From Mizuhopecten yessoensis (lineage: Eukaryota), in assembly GCF_002113885.1 (NCBI RefSeq), contig NW_018407050.1:333053-397052 (forward strand): DNA of 64,000 bases, given 5' to 3'. The position numbers and the translations under genes are program-made. Positions 27,090 through 39,600 of the stretch are shown piece by piece. The first letter of the stretch is position 1. Each line of letters begins with the position of its first letter. Below the pieces are notes generated by a model. That model was given only the letters and a program-made list of their open reading frames with translations. It did no database searches and was not told where the DNA came from.

Positions 27090-28599
27090 TGACTACGTCT
27101 CCCACATGTTTGAACTTTTTGTCATGCACTCAAGATGTCTTGGATTAAAAAAATTACTAACCCCTCAAATCAGGCAGGATGGAAAACACTATTATTAGAC
27201 AAACTAGAGTGCTTTGGAGGCGACAAAATTTTCAAAATGACAAAAGACAGATTAATGTTATTAGCCAAAAAATTTAATACCTTTTGGATGGAAGTGTTTA
27301 CGGCTTGGGCCTCTATGCAAGAAAATGCATCCCCCCACAACCCCAGAGAAGGTGGTCTCGCAACCAATTTGGTATAATTATTTTATTAAAAGAGGCAATA
27401 ATTGCATTCTTTATGAAAACTGGTGTAAAAAATATGTATTTTTTTATTTCTGACTTGTTAGAAAATAATCAATTCATGTCTTGTGATATTTTTTCTCAAA
27501 AGTATAATATAAATGTAAATTTTATAGATTACTATGGAGTTATTAATGCCATACCAAGAAATTGGAAAGACATTTTGCAGAATATAAATGGTGACATACC
27601 TTATATAACTTATAAATCAATAATCTATCTTAATACACATGATAAAGTTACTAATTATTTCTATCATATTCTTCTCCAAACTATCTCTGAAAAACCGGTG
27701 AATAGTCAAAGAAAATGGCAAGAAGATCTCCATAGTAATATTAGTGAAGAATCTTGGGAATATTTTAACTCGATTCCAAGGGCCATAACTGATGACACAA
27801 AACTTATTAACTTTCAGTATAAAATCATACACAGGATCATCTACACCAACACAAAATTAATGAGATGCAAATTAGCTGAAACTGAAAATTGCACATTTGG
27901 TACAAATGAGAGAGAAACTATTATACATCTTTTTGGGGAATGCAGTATAATAAAAACTTTTTGGTTATGGCTGATAGATACGCTAGAAAATAAGTACCAA
28001 ATTATCAATTATCTTGCCCAGACACCCAACAACTTTTATTTTTGGTGTAGTAGAAAAAGAACATGGAGACAAGATTAATTTTGTATTGCTCATTATGAGA
28101 TACTATATATATTTATGTAAGTTAAAAAACACTGCTCCTACCATTCTGGAAGGGAAAACATACCTTATTTTTTATAATAAAATAGAAGATATGGGTCTGT
28201 ATGCCTATAACAACAAGAAGCAAGAAAAAATCAAATGCAAATGGATTTTTATCAATCATTTATTTACTTAACTGAGCTGACATTGTTAATATATTTTGGG
28301 TAAAGTCTTTAGAGCCATATATTCCTGTCGATAACTTCACATCTAAATGTATTCAAAATAGAAATGATCTGTCTTACTTACAGATGTCATGGTACTCTGT
28401 ACTTGTCTTTAAAAAACGTGAAATATCCGATGGAAATATAATCTAAATGCATGAGTAAACAGTTAAACTCATATATATATATATATATACGATTCTGATG
28501 GGTATATAGTTACAGAATGAAAATGGTTACATGAAACAATTGTAATGTGCATGTAAATGTAGTAAAATGTGATTATGAAAAAAAGTTGAATAAAAAAAA
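27090..28599 (+). mobile_element. 5'-truncated, frameshifted L1/Tx1-clade LINE (ORF2 C-terminus plus 3' UTR)
   Basis: LRLPHV*TFCHALKMSWIKK; LINFQYKIIHRIIYTN...CTF...ETIIHLFGEC (zf-RVT-like); A-rich tail; 14-bp TSD taaaaatgattttt at 27076-27089 and 28600-28613. Confidence 0.88.
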
Positions 28600-29280
28600 T
28601 AAAAATGATTTTTGTAGAGTAAATATGGTTGATAGTCCATTTTTTTTATTGTGGCCATCCCTGTGAAAATGCCTTTCATTATTCTTGCGAGTGCTTACTT
28701 TTTAACAACGAAAGACACATCCTGCTCCAAAATTGGAATGCCTTGCATATGTTGATTTTAATTTAGAACTAATTTTGTTTGGTAATAGCACGGACTAATT
28801 CCGTGGTAATAGTCAACTTTCGGTAGAAAACAATATAAACATTTTTAGAAATGATAACTTTTTTTTTTTTTTATGCGTGTACGTTGTTATATGTATTTAT
28901 GAAATTGCATTTCATTATTTTGTCTGATTTCTTTGTTACATTGATTCTGTTCATTTTGAAATTACTCTACCAGGCTGCATGTCATGAAATTTATATAATT
29001 TATAATTTATTTAAATGCGGATCAATTTTACAGTGTACACGATTTCTTTTTCTAGGTAACCCCTCTCCCAACCTTTCTTCCCCAAAAACATATACATTTA
29101 TTTTACCACATGTATTGTGGAGAGGACTTTATTAAGTTGTAATAACTTGTTGTCAAATCCATTTGTATATTTGTACAATAAAATATGATTGAACTAAAAC
29201 GTATATACCCATAGGCCGAGGAGGCTAGCACCAAGCTTAAGGCTACGTATATATACCTGTCAATCATCCAGATATTGGGT

Positions 29281-31543
29281 GGTAGGTACAATGTAAATCT
29301 TGTACGCCGCTCCCGCTCCCGTTCCAGGATTTAACGCGATCGTTTATATATATTTTTTTTTATAAAATTATACAATAATTTCAAACATTATTTTCTAAAT
29401 GTGGATTTTTAAAAAAAATAAATTATTTTCTAATAATTTAGAAATTGACGATAATATGTTTTTCAAGGGGGTAAAACTTGAACGCCGCAGTCAACAGTAA
29501 AGAACACGTTTTTCACATATAATTAGATATTGAGTGAAAACTAACATGTTATTTTCAGGTATTTAGAACAAAATACCTCACTGTTTATAAGTATATAAGT
29601 TTCGTTGCAATAAACGACATATTTCACATGGAATTCTGACTTTGTTGTGATCGCGGGAGTTTTGTTTACTCAGAATGAAACCAACTAGCGCTGCATCAGC
29701 ACAAATTCATCGTACAGGCGAGGACCATTGGGCAGTGTCAGTACAGGAGGTAGATAGTGGGGAAGTATACATTCTTGATAGTTTGATAGGAAATACGAAA
29801 CAGAAGGGTCATTTGTCAGCTTCTTTAGAAATGCAGATGCAGTTGTCATCATCATATGGGGAAAATAGTTTTTTTTAGAAACAGTATTACCAAATGTGCA
29901 ACAACAGTGGCGGATCCAGAGGGATATTTTAGGCATTCTAATAGAATGGCTATAAGAGTTCTACTTGATAACGACAGCTTGACAGACTGATGTCCCCTTA
30001 GTACGGGTACGGGAGTAAACAAAACACCTGCGATCAAAGTCAGAATTTTGTGTGAAATATGTCGTTTATGTAGCAGTGTATCTGCTCTGGGATCGCTGTG
30101 TACTTAAGCACCACAGAAGACATCAGTTCGATTCCAAGATTTATTCTGGGTGTCGAATAAACCCTATAACAACAATATAACAGTACATTAAAACAAATTC
30201 TCAAACTTACACTACCTGAACGAGTTATGAACTCGTCCAAATCTAACACGACCGGTTAACGCACTCAGTACAAACACGCTTCACTATACAAGTACTACTA
30301 AAGTACAATACCGGATAACCCAGTCGCTATCATACATTACAGAGTCAACGCTCGTACGCTATGAATTACAATACATAATTCACTCTGTTAGTTAGTAATA
30401 CAATATATATACATATCACGTTGTCGCATTGAAATTGACTCAATTACAGCACTTATGTTTATAAGAAATGCACAAAATTACAAATACTGTAAGTTACACT
30501 AAATACACAAATTTATACATTAAAGCAACAACCTACCTCTTCAAAAAGGGAAGAGGGCTTAAGGGACACAACCCGTGGATGACGGTATACCAGGCCACAG
30601 AACGAAACGTAGGATCTACAAATTATGTTAAATAATTAGCAAAGATAACAAAAGTTAACTTTCACCAGAATTTAGAAAACAATTATAATGAATGAAATAT
30701 ATCTCAACACACCTCTTCTGAATAATGTAAAAGATAAACGTGAACTCCAAACAACATGAAATTCAAATTACAAAAGATCGATTCACTCACAATTCAACAG
30801 AGAGCCTACTAAATATAATTCAACATCGATCTTTACCAGATGATACAATTACAATAATCCTAAAAGATACTTATTTACAATATAGTTAATGTACAACATG
30901 ATCAGTACTTACATAATTTCCAAGTACAAAGGATGAAAATGGCCTCTCTCAATAAAACCCAACCATCATCATACAACGTCCACAGGTGTGTGAATTTACC
31001 GCGCGCCTTGCGCAATGCCCACTGGGCATTCAGATAAAAATAGATTCGCCCTTTGACATAGCAAAGAACCGGTTTATAATACATAATAAAATAAGACATA
31101 CACTTGCGTCACAAAACACCGGACCGGAACTTGCACACTTCTATTAAAATACAATAAACGGTCTACAAAATTGTACCCTACTACATTTATTGCAACGAAA
31201 CTTACATAATTATAAACAGTAGGGTATTTTGTTCTACATATCTGAAAATAACATGTTAGTTTTCACTCAATATCTAATTATATGTGAAAAACCGTGTTTT
31301 TCACGGTTGACTGCGGCGTACAAGTTTTACCCCCTTAAATTCACATTATCGTCGATTTCTAAATTATAAGTTAATAAATAGACATTTTTGTAACTGTCAC
31401 ATTTCGAAAATAACGTTTGAAATTATTGTATAATTTTATAAAAAAATATAAACGATCGCGTTAATGAGATATTAAAATATCTATATATTCCTGGTACGGG
31501 GTTTTGGGACGGGAGCGGGAGTGGCGTACAAGATTTACCTACC
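29281..31543. mobile_element. DNA transposon remnant with ~335-bp TIRs and a Ulp1-like peptidase fragment (Mutator-like, tentative)
   Basis: 29281-29614 is the reverse complement of 31186-31543. Internal QIHRTGEDHWAV...YILDSL...NVQQQ at 29675-29910. No TSD recognised. Confidence 0.7.
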
Positions 31544-32197
31544 ATCTCTGATAACACCCGGAACACGGCGGTTTACAATTGTATAAAAACAACTAGCTCG
31601 GTAGGTTTTCATCACAATTTGACAAAAAATCAAAATATTTTAAACTTATATCAGCAGGTGAAGTTTGCAGGTTTTCAGCAACGTCGTTAAACCGGGAAGT
31701 GCAGAGTGAGGAAGGCGAGCCTACTGATCATGAGCTACAGACGGGGTTGCCGCTACGTATGTACACAGACGATATATTGAGCCACCCATATTTCTACCCG
31801 GGTAGACAACTGAAACCGTCATGGCGCATGGAAGGCTGGGTCGATTTTAATATCATTCAACAATCTGGCCGGGTAGATCGTGAAGCAGTCAACTTTGGCT
31901 GAATTAATCATTTACTTGCAATTTACGTTTTGACAATTTTGTATGGCGACTAGCTAGGCAGCCTAATGGCAGAGACGTATATACATACGTCTCTATTAAT
32001 TGTGAAAAGCGTTTTCTCTTCTCACGATATTTTTCAAATTCTCCAACACATTCACCAAGGCAGGACAAATTGAACCACTCCTGATTAAGTGAAGTTGGGG
32101 TATTTTTGAAGATTTAATTTCCCGATGTCGGACGAACTGCTTCACTGCTATAGTCGATAATCCTCGAAAGTGTTATACATTGTATCTCGTTACTAAA

Positions 32198-33826
32198 ATG
32201 GCCACGCCCGAGTACAAAGGGCAGCTTCCTTCCCGTACCAAAGGTCAAACCACGTGTATGTACCACAAGGGTAGAAAACTGGACATTTACTGTGAAGAAT
32301 GCCAAGAACTTGCATGTACCAAATGCCTGTCTACTGTACATAAGAAACATCCTTTGTGTGACCTTAGTGAAATTACTCCAAAAAAGAATCAAGACATTCA
32401 AAACTTCATCTACAAAACTGAGAAAGTTGACCTCGTACAAATTGACAAGTACATCACTGCTACTGATACACGTCTAAAGGACAATGTCAGCCACTTTGAA
32501 AATCTTTCCGAACAGTTGAAGATACAAACAAAGAAAATAATACAAGATCTTAACCAGCTTTCAGCTCAGACTCTGTGTCTCTATCAACAAATGGAGGAGG
32601 ATAACACCAAGCTACTACAAACATACAAACACGATCTGGAAATGTACAGTACTCAGTTAAAACAACAAGTACAGGAATGTAAGATAGCACTTCAGCGTGG
32701 CTCTGACATACAAATCTACGACACAGGATTTGATATTCAATCTCCTGTCACTCTCCCCGTTAAACCTACCCTGGGTACTGCTAGCTTCACTCCGAACCGA
32801 AATCCTAAGGGTCACCTGAAACAAGCCTTGGGAAAAATGGACACTTCAAGTAAAGGTCAGCGTCAAGTCCCTTTTCGCCCCGATCATGTATTTTCTGGAC
32901 CTGGTTATTCCTCTACACAGAGGTCGTCAGAACAAAAAGTTTGGAGACCAAGTTCACAACAGAGCTCAGGAGAAAGAAATGACGTGTCCAGTCCAGTGTA
33001 TTCCCTGTTGCCTCAGACCAAGGTGTTGGGGGAGTGGGAGTATCCATCTGGCATCAGTTCTATATGTCCCACCACTGATGGTCAGGTGTGGTCCAGTGAC
33101 TTTGACAGAAAAACCTTACCTCTCCTGGACAGGAAGGGGAAAGTTATACAGGAGGTTGAAAACAATACTGGGATCAAGGACATAAGTATGTCACCCACAA
33201 CCAACACACTGTGGGTCTGTGATAATGAAAACAACATCAGAGAGCTTGTGTCAGGACGACTGGTACACAGATTCAGCACCAGGGAGTTCCCACTGTGTAT
33301 CTGTATTACAGCTAATAACCATGTCATTTTGGGGATGGTCAACAAAATCTCAAAATTTACCACAAATGGTAAACTGGTACTTACTACATCACCTACAAGG
33401 ACTTGGAAACCATTAGTGTGTACACCAAACAGGATCTCAGAGTGTCCTGTCACTCAGAATGTCGCAGTGGCTGACAGTGATAGTGAACATCATGGTGGTG
33501 AAGGACAATCACATGTTGTTGTCATGGACACTGACTGCAAGGAACTATTTGTATATTGCGGTGAATACAGACATACATATCAACCACCATCACAGTCAGG
33601 AAGTGAACCATTTAACCCCTCTGGTGTGGTGTATGACAGTGTGGGTAACCTAGTCATAGGGGACCGTAACAACAACCGTATCCTACTCATCAGTGGGCGT
33701 GGTGAGTTCCTCAAGATCATACACACAGATGACATCTTTACATCGGCTGTTGGTGTAGACAAGAAGGGTGTTCTGTGGGCAGCGTTTGGGATTTTCTATG
33801 TCAAACTACTACAGTATCTACATTGA
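32198..33826 (+). CDS. RING-less TRIM-like protein (B-box2, coiled coil, NHL-like propeller), copy 3, 542 aa, intact
   Basis: ATG at 32198 in the same AAAATGGCC context as the paralogs; the track's TTG start at 32180 is not the likely start. Complete B-box ligands; NHL-like FNPSGVVYDSVGNLVIGDRNNNRILLIS. Confidence 0.92.
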   Translation: MATPEYKGQLPSRTKGQTTCMYHKGRKLDIYCEECQELACTKCLSTVHKKHPLCDLSEITPKKNQDIQNFIYKTEKVDLVQIDKYITATDTRLKDNVSHFENLSEQLKIQTKKIIQDLNQLSAQTLCLYQQMEEDNTKLLQTYKHDLEMYSTQLKQQVQECKIALQRGSDIQIYDTGFDIQSPVTLPVKPTLGTASFTPNRNPKGHLKQALGKMDTSSKGQRQVPFRPDHVFSGPGYSSTQRSSEQKVWRPSSQQSSGERNDVSSPVYSLLPQTKVLGEWEYPSGISSICPTTDGQVWSSDFDRKTLPLLDRKGKVIQEVENNTGIKDISMSPTTNTLWVCDNENNIRELVSGRLVHRFSTREFPLCICITANNHVILGMVNKISKFTTNGKLVLTTSPTRTWKPLVCTPNRISECPVTQNVAVADSDSEHHGGEGQSHVVVMDTDCKELFVYCGEYRHTYQPPSQSGSEPFNPSGVVYDSVGNLVIGDRNNNRILLISGRGEFLKIIHTDDIFTSAVGVDKKGVLWAAFGIFYVKLLQYLH

Positions 33827-36800
33827 TATTTAACACCAGGACAAACTACAATGTGTGTATCTAATAACAATGACAACAAACACTGATGTTTTGATCGAAG
33901 ATGTCATGATACTTGATAAACTTCAAAATAGAGGATCTTACATTCGTGTCCATGTCATATTGAGTTTATTAAAAGAGTTTAATAATTTGATATGAATCGA
34001 GCCTTTAGGCGAGTGTCATGTTGGATTTATTGAACAAATGCATATGGGGCTCAATGGGGGAATAAAGTGATACATGTTTATAACCCTTGACCTTCAGTAC
34101 GATTGGAGGAATTTTAATTACATTTTGTGTGGAGCATCTATTAGCAAGGGGGACTTAACTTTGCATAAACAGAGGGTGTGACTCTCCCAGGGGGCAGAGG
34201 AGCGCGGCCCAAAAGAGAGAACAAAGCAATAAATGTGTAAAATCCTTCTCCTTCAATAGGATGGGAGGGATTTCAACGAACTGTTGCGTAGAGCATTCCT
34301 GGACAAAGGCCTAGGGGACTCTGTATCTATAAATCGAGGGTGCGTCACCTTCTACGTATATTTTTTTAGAAGGGCAGGGCCTTGTAGGGATCTTTAAAAT
34401 CCTTCCTTTTCACAAATTGATTGATTGTTATCAAATTTCGTGTAAGGCATGTTTCGGCTAAGGGGACTTAATTTGTAACTGATAAGGTGTCACAATGAGA
34501 AACCAAAACCTAGTACAGTCTTACATCACCTAACAGTGCACCTGATTGAGTGACGTAGTATTAAATATAGGCAATCAATAACAAAACTGTTAGAAAAATT
34601 ATTAATGGTGTCATTGTTTTTTTTTTAAATAAGCATCAAATTAAAAAAAAATTCTTAACGCAATGCTATTTTAAAAATTAACTCATTCACCCCTGAAATG
34701 TCATAATGAACCATTCACACTTTTGAATTGGAAGATTCCAAATGTGTCTTCAGGGGTGAATGAATTAAATAGAACAAAGTTGCTGGGATCATTGGATTTC
34801 TGTATTTATATAACAACAGGTATATCTTTCACAGAAATATAAATTTACAGCTACCTGTATGTTGGTAACGATTTAATATTTTGATCCAAGTGTTATTACT
34901 AATATAATAGTAGCAATGTCTGGCAGGTAGTACAGTAAATGCGATCCCCTGGGGCATTTCCTTGTATGATATATGTATCTAAATCTCCATGCTTAACATT
35001 TGTTTTGTAATAAGGGTGGGGATCTCAAACTGTTTCAATGTAGTATAAGGACCCAGGAATTAGGTCCCTAGGGATGTGATTAAAGCCCAGGGTCAATTTA
35101 ATAACATGATTGTGTTTAAGTCTCTTTTATGTATGGTTATAGGGTGGGGATCCCAACTGTTTAAATTCTTTGACCCAGCAGTTGTAATAATATCCAGTTT
35201 GCCAGACTGCTGCACTCCTGGGATGGCCCTGTTTGCTTATGTCGTATCTGTACCTGTGTTTAAAGTTTTAATGTTTTTCAGTGTTTTAGTCTTTATTACT
35301 AGTTACCTTCTTTATTTATTTATTTATTTATTTATTTGTTTACTTATTTACCTATATATTTAGCCTAACTTCTGCATTGCATGGTGCTTTTATATACCAA
35401 CAACTGACAGTATAGTTTCTAGCTCTCTCTTCTAATCATCATTATAGCTCAATATGTTTTTTTATTACTAGACCTTGTTGTCCTATTTTAATTTACACTA
35501 TATTAGTGTATATTATGTCAATTTTTACTCTTTTGCTAAATTAGCTTGTTTGTACATTACACTTGAAGTGCTTTATAACCTTCATATTATATAGCAGCAC
35601 CTGTGTGATATGCAGGTGTTCACTATTATATCATTACATCATTTTTAGTATAATACTTTAAATTTAGTGCCTATGCTATCTAATTATATGCTGCTATGTT
35701 GTTGTATGTTTTACCCCCTGATTATGTGCTAGCTTTCTGTGATAGTGTATAGCTTGATTTGTTGTTTTCTTTCTGTTTGCATTTTATCATGTTTGTCGCA
35801 AAAATAGCGCTACAGCGCTAATGTTTCTCTGTTTGATATATGCGACGTTAAATAAAGTTTCTTGTATCTTGTAGTTAAATCTCCATGGGTGGGGCCAGAC
35901 CCTGAGGCAATCCTGGTAGAATATGTGTGTATTTGTCTCATTATACTCAACAATTGTATATGTACAATATAGGTAGTTGTTATAGGGTGGGGATCTTAAT
36001 TATTTCCGAGCTAAAAACTCTTTCTAAAAACCCGACCCTCAGTCTAGGTTCAGCCCTTCAACGGGTAAAATTTTAAGACCCATCATGGCCACCTGCCAAT
36101 GCCTCCAACCAAATATGATTGAAATCCATCTCTTGTTTCCAAAGAAGGAGTTTCTTAAAGCAATATGGCCAAATAACCCCTTTGTGGCCCATCCATTCAG
36201 CCCCACTTTATGTGAACAAAGATGTTTTGTGTAAAAAAATAATTTTGAAAGTAATTTTCAACATCAATAAAACATCTATGTTCATTTATAATTTCAGTGT
36301 AGTCTTTCACATTTGGTATAAAAGACGGGATAAATGTAATTTTATATTATATATTTACTGTATATATATATAACCATTCCTCAACTGATAGTCTTCATAG
36401 TAATTTAGTTTGAGAGCGTTATTTTTTTTTATTTCATCAAATAATGTTATTATACCAAGATTCCAAATTGTCTGTGTTTTTTTCAAAAGGGAAAATAGTT
36501 TTTAAAGACAATGATCCATTTTGAGGGTTTTCTGAAGGCCAGACAATACCTTTAATTACTACACTGATTTGTTGTATTTTTTTTATTTTTTTTTTCATTT
36601 TTTTACAAGAGCAAGATTTAAAGAGATCCAGTCATCTTTGAACCGGTGACATTTTCTTCTAATCAATAAACATATCTTCAAAAAAATGTCAAACTGAGAT
36701 AAAACAGCAGTAAAGTAAGATGCGACATTGAGATTCAATAATGACATCACAACGTGTCATTACATGTCAGTCAATGTACCCCGAGTGTGAGCTAACAATT

Positions 36801-37396
36801 ATAGTCGCATTAACTTACAGAACTTAATGAGGAAAAATATGTGATAATTTAATTTCTAATGACCTCATAAATCAACATACAAATTCCCTGATATTTGATG
36901 GCCAGATCACCATGGGATATTTTCAATATGGTAAAAATTAGTTTTTTCCCCAGAGGTATTTTGGAAATGATAATAAATCTATTATTTTTCATAGTTGAGT
37001 TTTTGGTTGTTTTGAAATTTGTTCATAATTCTAACAGTGTACATTATGATTATGTTGCTTATTTTGTATATATATTTTTTTAAAGAAGTAATATATTTTT
37101 CTCAAGTTATTATGACGTTAACTAAATTGTGATGTATATATATACACATTTATGATTAAATTAAGTATTTATGCTTTAAACTTTTGTTGATCGTTATTCA
37201 ACATGTAAATAAATATTGAGTTTTTTTATGAAGATCCATCCCAACCAAGAAACTAAATGTACAGTACCTAAATTAAAGGGTGTGCTCTTTACACAGATTT
37301 GATTGTACCTATCTTACAAACCCTGTATGTCATGAGATTATTTGACTTATATCAGATGAGGGTGACTACAACAATCGGTGCAAAAAGATTTTCACC

Positions 37397-37570
37397 ACAT
37401 CATTTAAAGGAAAATACAGTCAAGGACAATGGGCAAAGGTTTTAACAACTGACACATCATTTAAAGGAAAATACAGTCAAGGACAATGGACAAAGGTTTT
37501 AACAACTGACACACATCATTTAAAGGAAAATACAGTCAAGGACAATGGACAAAGGTTTTAACAACTGACA
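37397..37570. repeat. Three tandem ~56-58-bp repeats
   Basis: cacatcatttaaaggaaaatacagtcaaggacaatggacaaaggttttaacaactga x3. Confidence 0.9.
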
Positions 37571-38069
37571 ATCTGTTTATTATGTAATTACCATACAATA
37601 CAGTGTATAAGTAAAACAGTTTTACATACAAATGTACCCTCTAAGTTTCATTATACATCTATATGTGAAAATAAATTAAAAGTAACATCTTACAATTTTT
37701 CTACATCATATGACATTGATGAAACATGTCTAGATTTTTTTTGCTTCAAAAAAAACTAATTTCTGCAAATTTCATGACAAGTTTTATAAATCTCAATATG
37801 AAATGGAATCAAATTTACATAACTTTTATCATACCACAAAAGAATATGTTCAAGTATTAAAAAGAAAACATTCTTTTCTCAGGCAGATTCGTCAAGACTT
37901 TTCAATGTCACCATTTTGATTTTATGGTTTTCAAATGACAATGTGATAGTACGTCACAATGTCATGAAGTCATGTTGACTGCCATCAAAATCATTGTAAT
38001 TATATGAGGTAATGCGCAAGAATATGAAATGGTTTTATTTGCTGCGAAATATGCATGGTAGAAATCAAA

Positions 38070-38212
38070 TAAAGGTCTATCTAAATATAGATTAGCCAAT
38101 ATAGGTCTATCTCCATATAGCTTAGCCAATAAAGGTCTATCTACATATAGCTTAGCTAATAAAGGTCTATCTACATATAGATTAGCCAATAAAGGTCTAT
38201 CTACATATAGAT
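38070..38212. repeat. 30-bp minisatellite, about 5 units
   Basis: aaaggtctatctacatatagcttagccaat repeats. Confidence 0.9.
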
Positions 38213-39309
38213 AAGGCAATATTTGACCCCTAAAATCCATCAAAATCTTAACACTTCGATTGAATTTTCAAATTGCTGGGTTTTTTTTTAATTTTCAGTC
38301 CTTCGGCTTCCAATTATGTATTATGAAAATGTAAGTGTTTCCAATTACAGTTGCTATGGTAATCACTTGAAACTTGTAACATTAGATACATTTGAGAATT
38401 TTTTGTCAATTTTTTGCATGGTTTCAGGATGGATCTTGGGTCCTAAAAATGGTCCGACCCATATATAGTGTTATAGACATAATTTACGGAGTATAAAATA
38501 ATATTTTATGTTTATTATTTAAACGTGATAATTAGGTCAGTTTTCTATATTCATTATATTATTATCTCAAACAATGCCACTATTTAACTTTTGTCAATAT
38601 GCCCGTCGTTAAAACACACCTTTTAATTCCAAAGACTACAAAAAAACAGAAACCAAATAAACAATTATTACCGGTAATAAAAAACATAATTGTTTACCAA
38701 GCTGTGAATATGCATAGCCACCACCCTGAGAACATTTTTCTCGTCACTAACAAGGTGACGGGTGACTAGGTGAAAGGGATGACATGGATATTCAATTAAA
38801 CCTCTATAGAATGCCGCTTGTTTTAACTTCCATTTCGCCTACCACAGGTACTAGCCTCGTCTGTCAATACACCTATTATATTAAAGGTGTATTGGCAGGC
38901 GAGGCTAGTACCTGTGCACCTAATGCCAAGTTTTCACTGACATGGTTGAAACAGTTTTTTATGTGATTACAGAATATCACTTTGTTCTTAACTCTGCTAT
39001 GTAATATTGTTGACATATCATATTTGAGACAAGCATGAACACATATCCTTTAACGGCAGGAGCCTGTATTTGCTGCTGCTGCTGCTGCTGCTGCTGACAT
39101 ACAATTGTACAATGATAAATAATGTTATCTTCATTTCTTGTTGAGACATAATTTGTAAAGTTGTACACATAGATATCCACAATATTCTCACATGAAAAAT
39201 TTCCCTGAATGTTTCAATTCTTTCTGTTTTTCTGAACAATTAAACTGTAAACAATAAATTGACAATATATAAGTACATTTCAGTTATTATGAAATAGATA
39301 GATCTTATC

Positions 39310-39600
39310 TTTGTGTTAGAGTTATCTCCCTTAAGGATGTATACTACCTTACACATTATACCTGTGATTTGTGTTAGAGTTATCTCCCTTAAGGATTCAT
39401 ACTACCTAACACTGTATACCTGTGATTTGTGTTAGAATTATCTCCCTTAATGATACATACGACCTAACACATTCACTGTAATTTGTGTTAGAGTTATCTC
39501 CCTTAATGATACATACTACCCAACACATTCACTGTAATTTGTGTTAGAGTTATCTTCCTTAAGGTTATATGTTACTTGTAAAACCTATGATTTGTGCTTC
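39310..39600. repeat. ~56-bp minisatellite, about 5 units
   Basis: tttgtgttagagttatctcccttaa repeats. Confidence 0.85.

Larger units (their letters stand above)
1..37770 (+). repeat. Tandem segmental triplication: units ~1-10196, ~10197-20300, ~20300-37770
   Basis: ccgtgacgtcatacttcattcatatg occurs at 1 and 10197. cttcatatgggtcttc.gttacaca occurs at ~96 and ~20350. Unit-end block (catatgacatt.atgaaacatgtct and a diverged form) occurs at ~9900, ~20070 and ~37710. One TRIM-like gene per unit. Confidence 0.88.
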
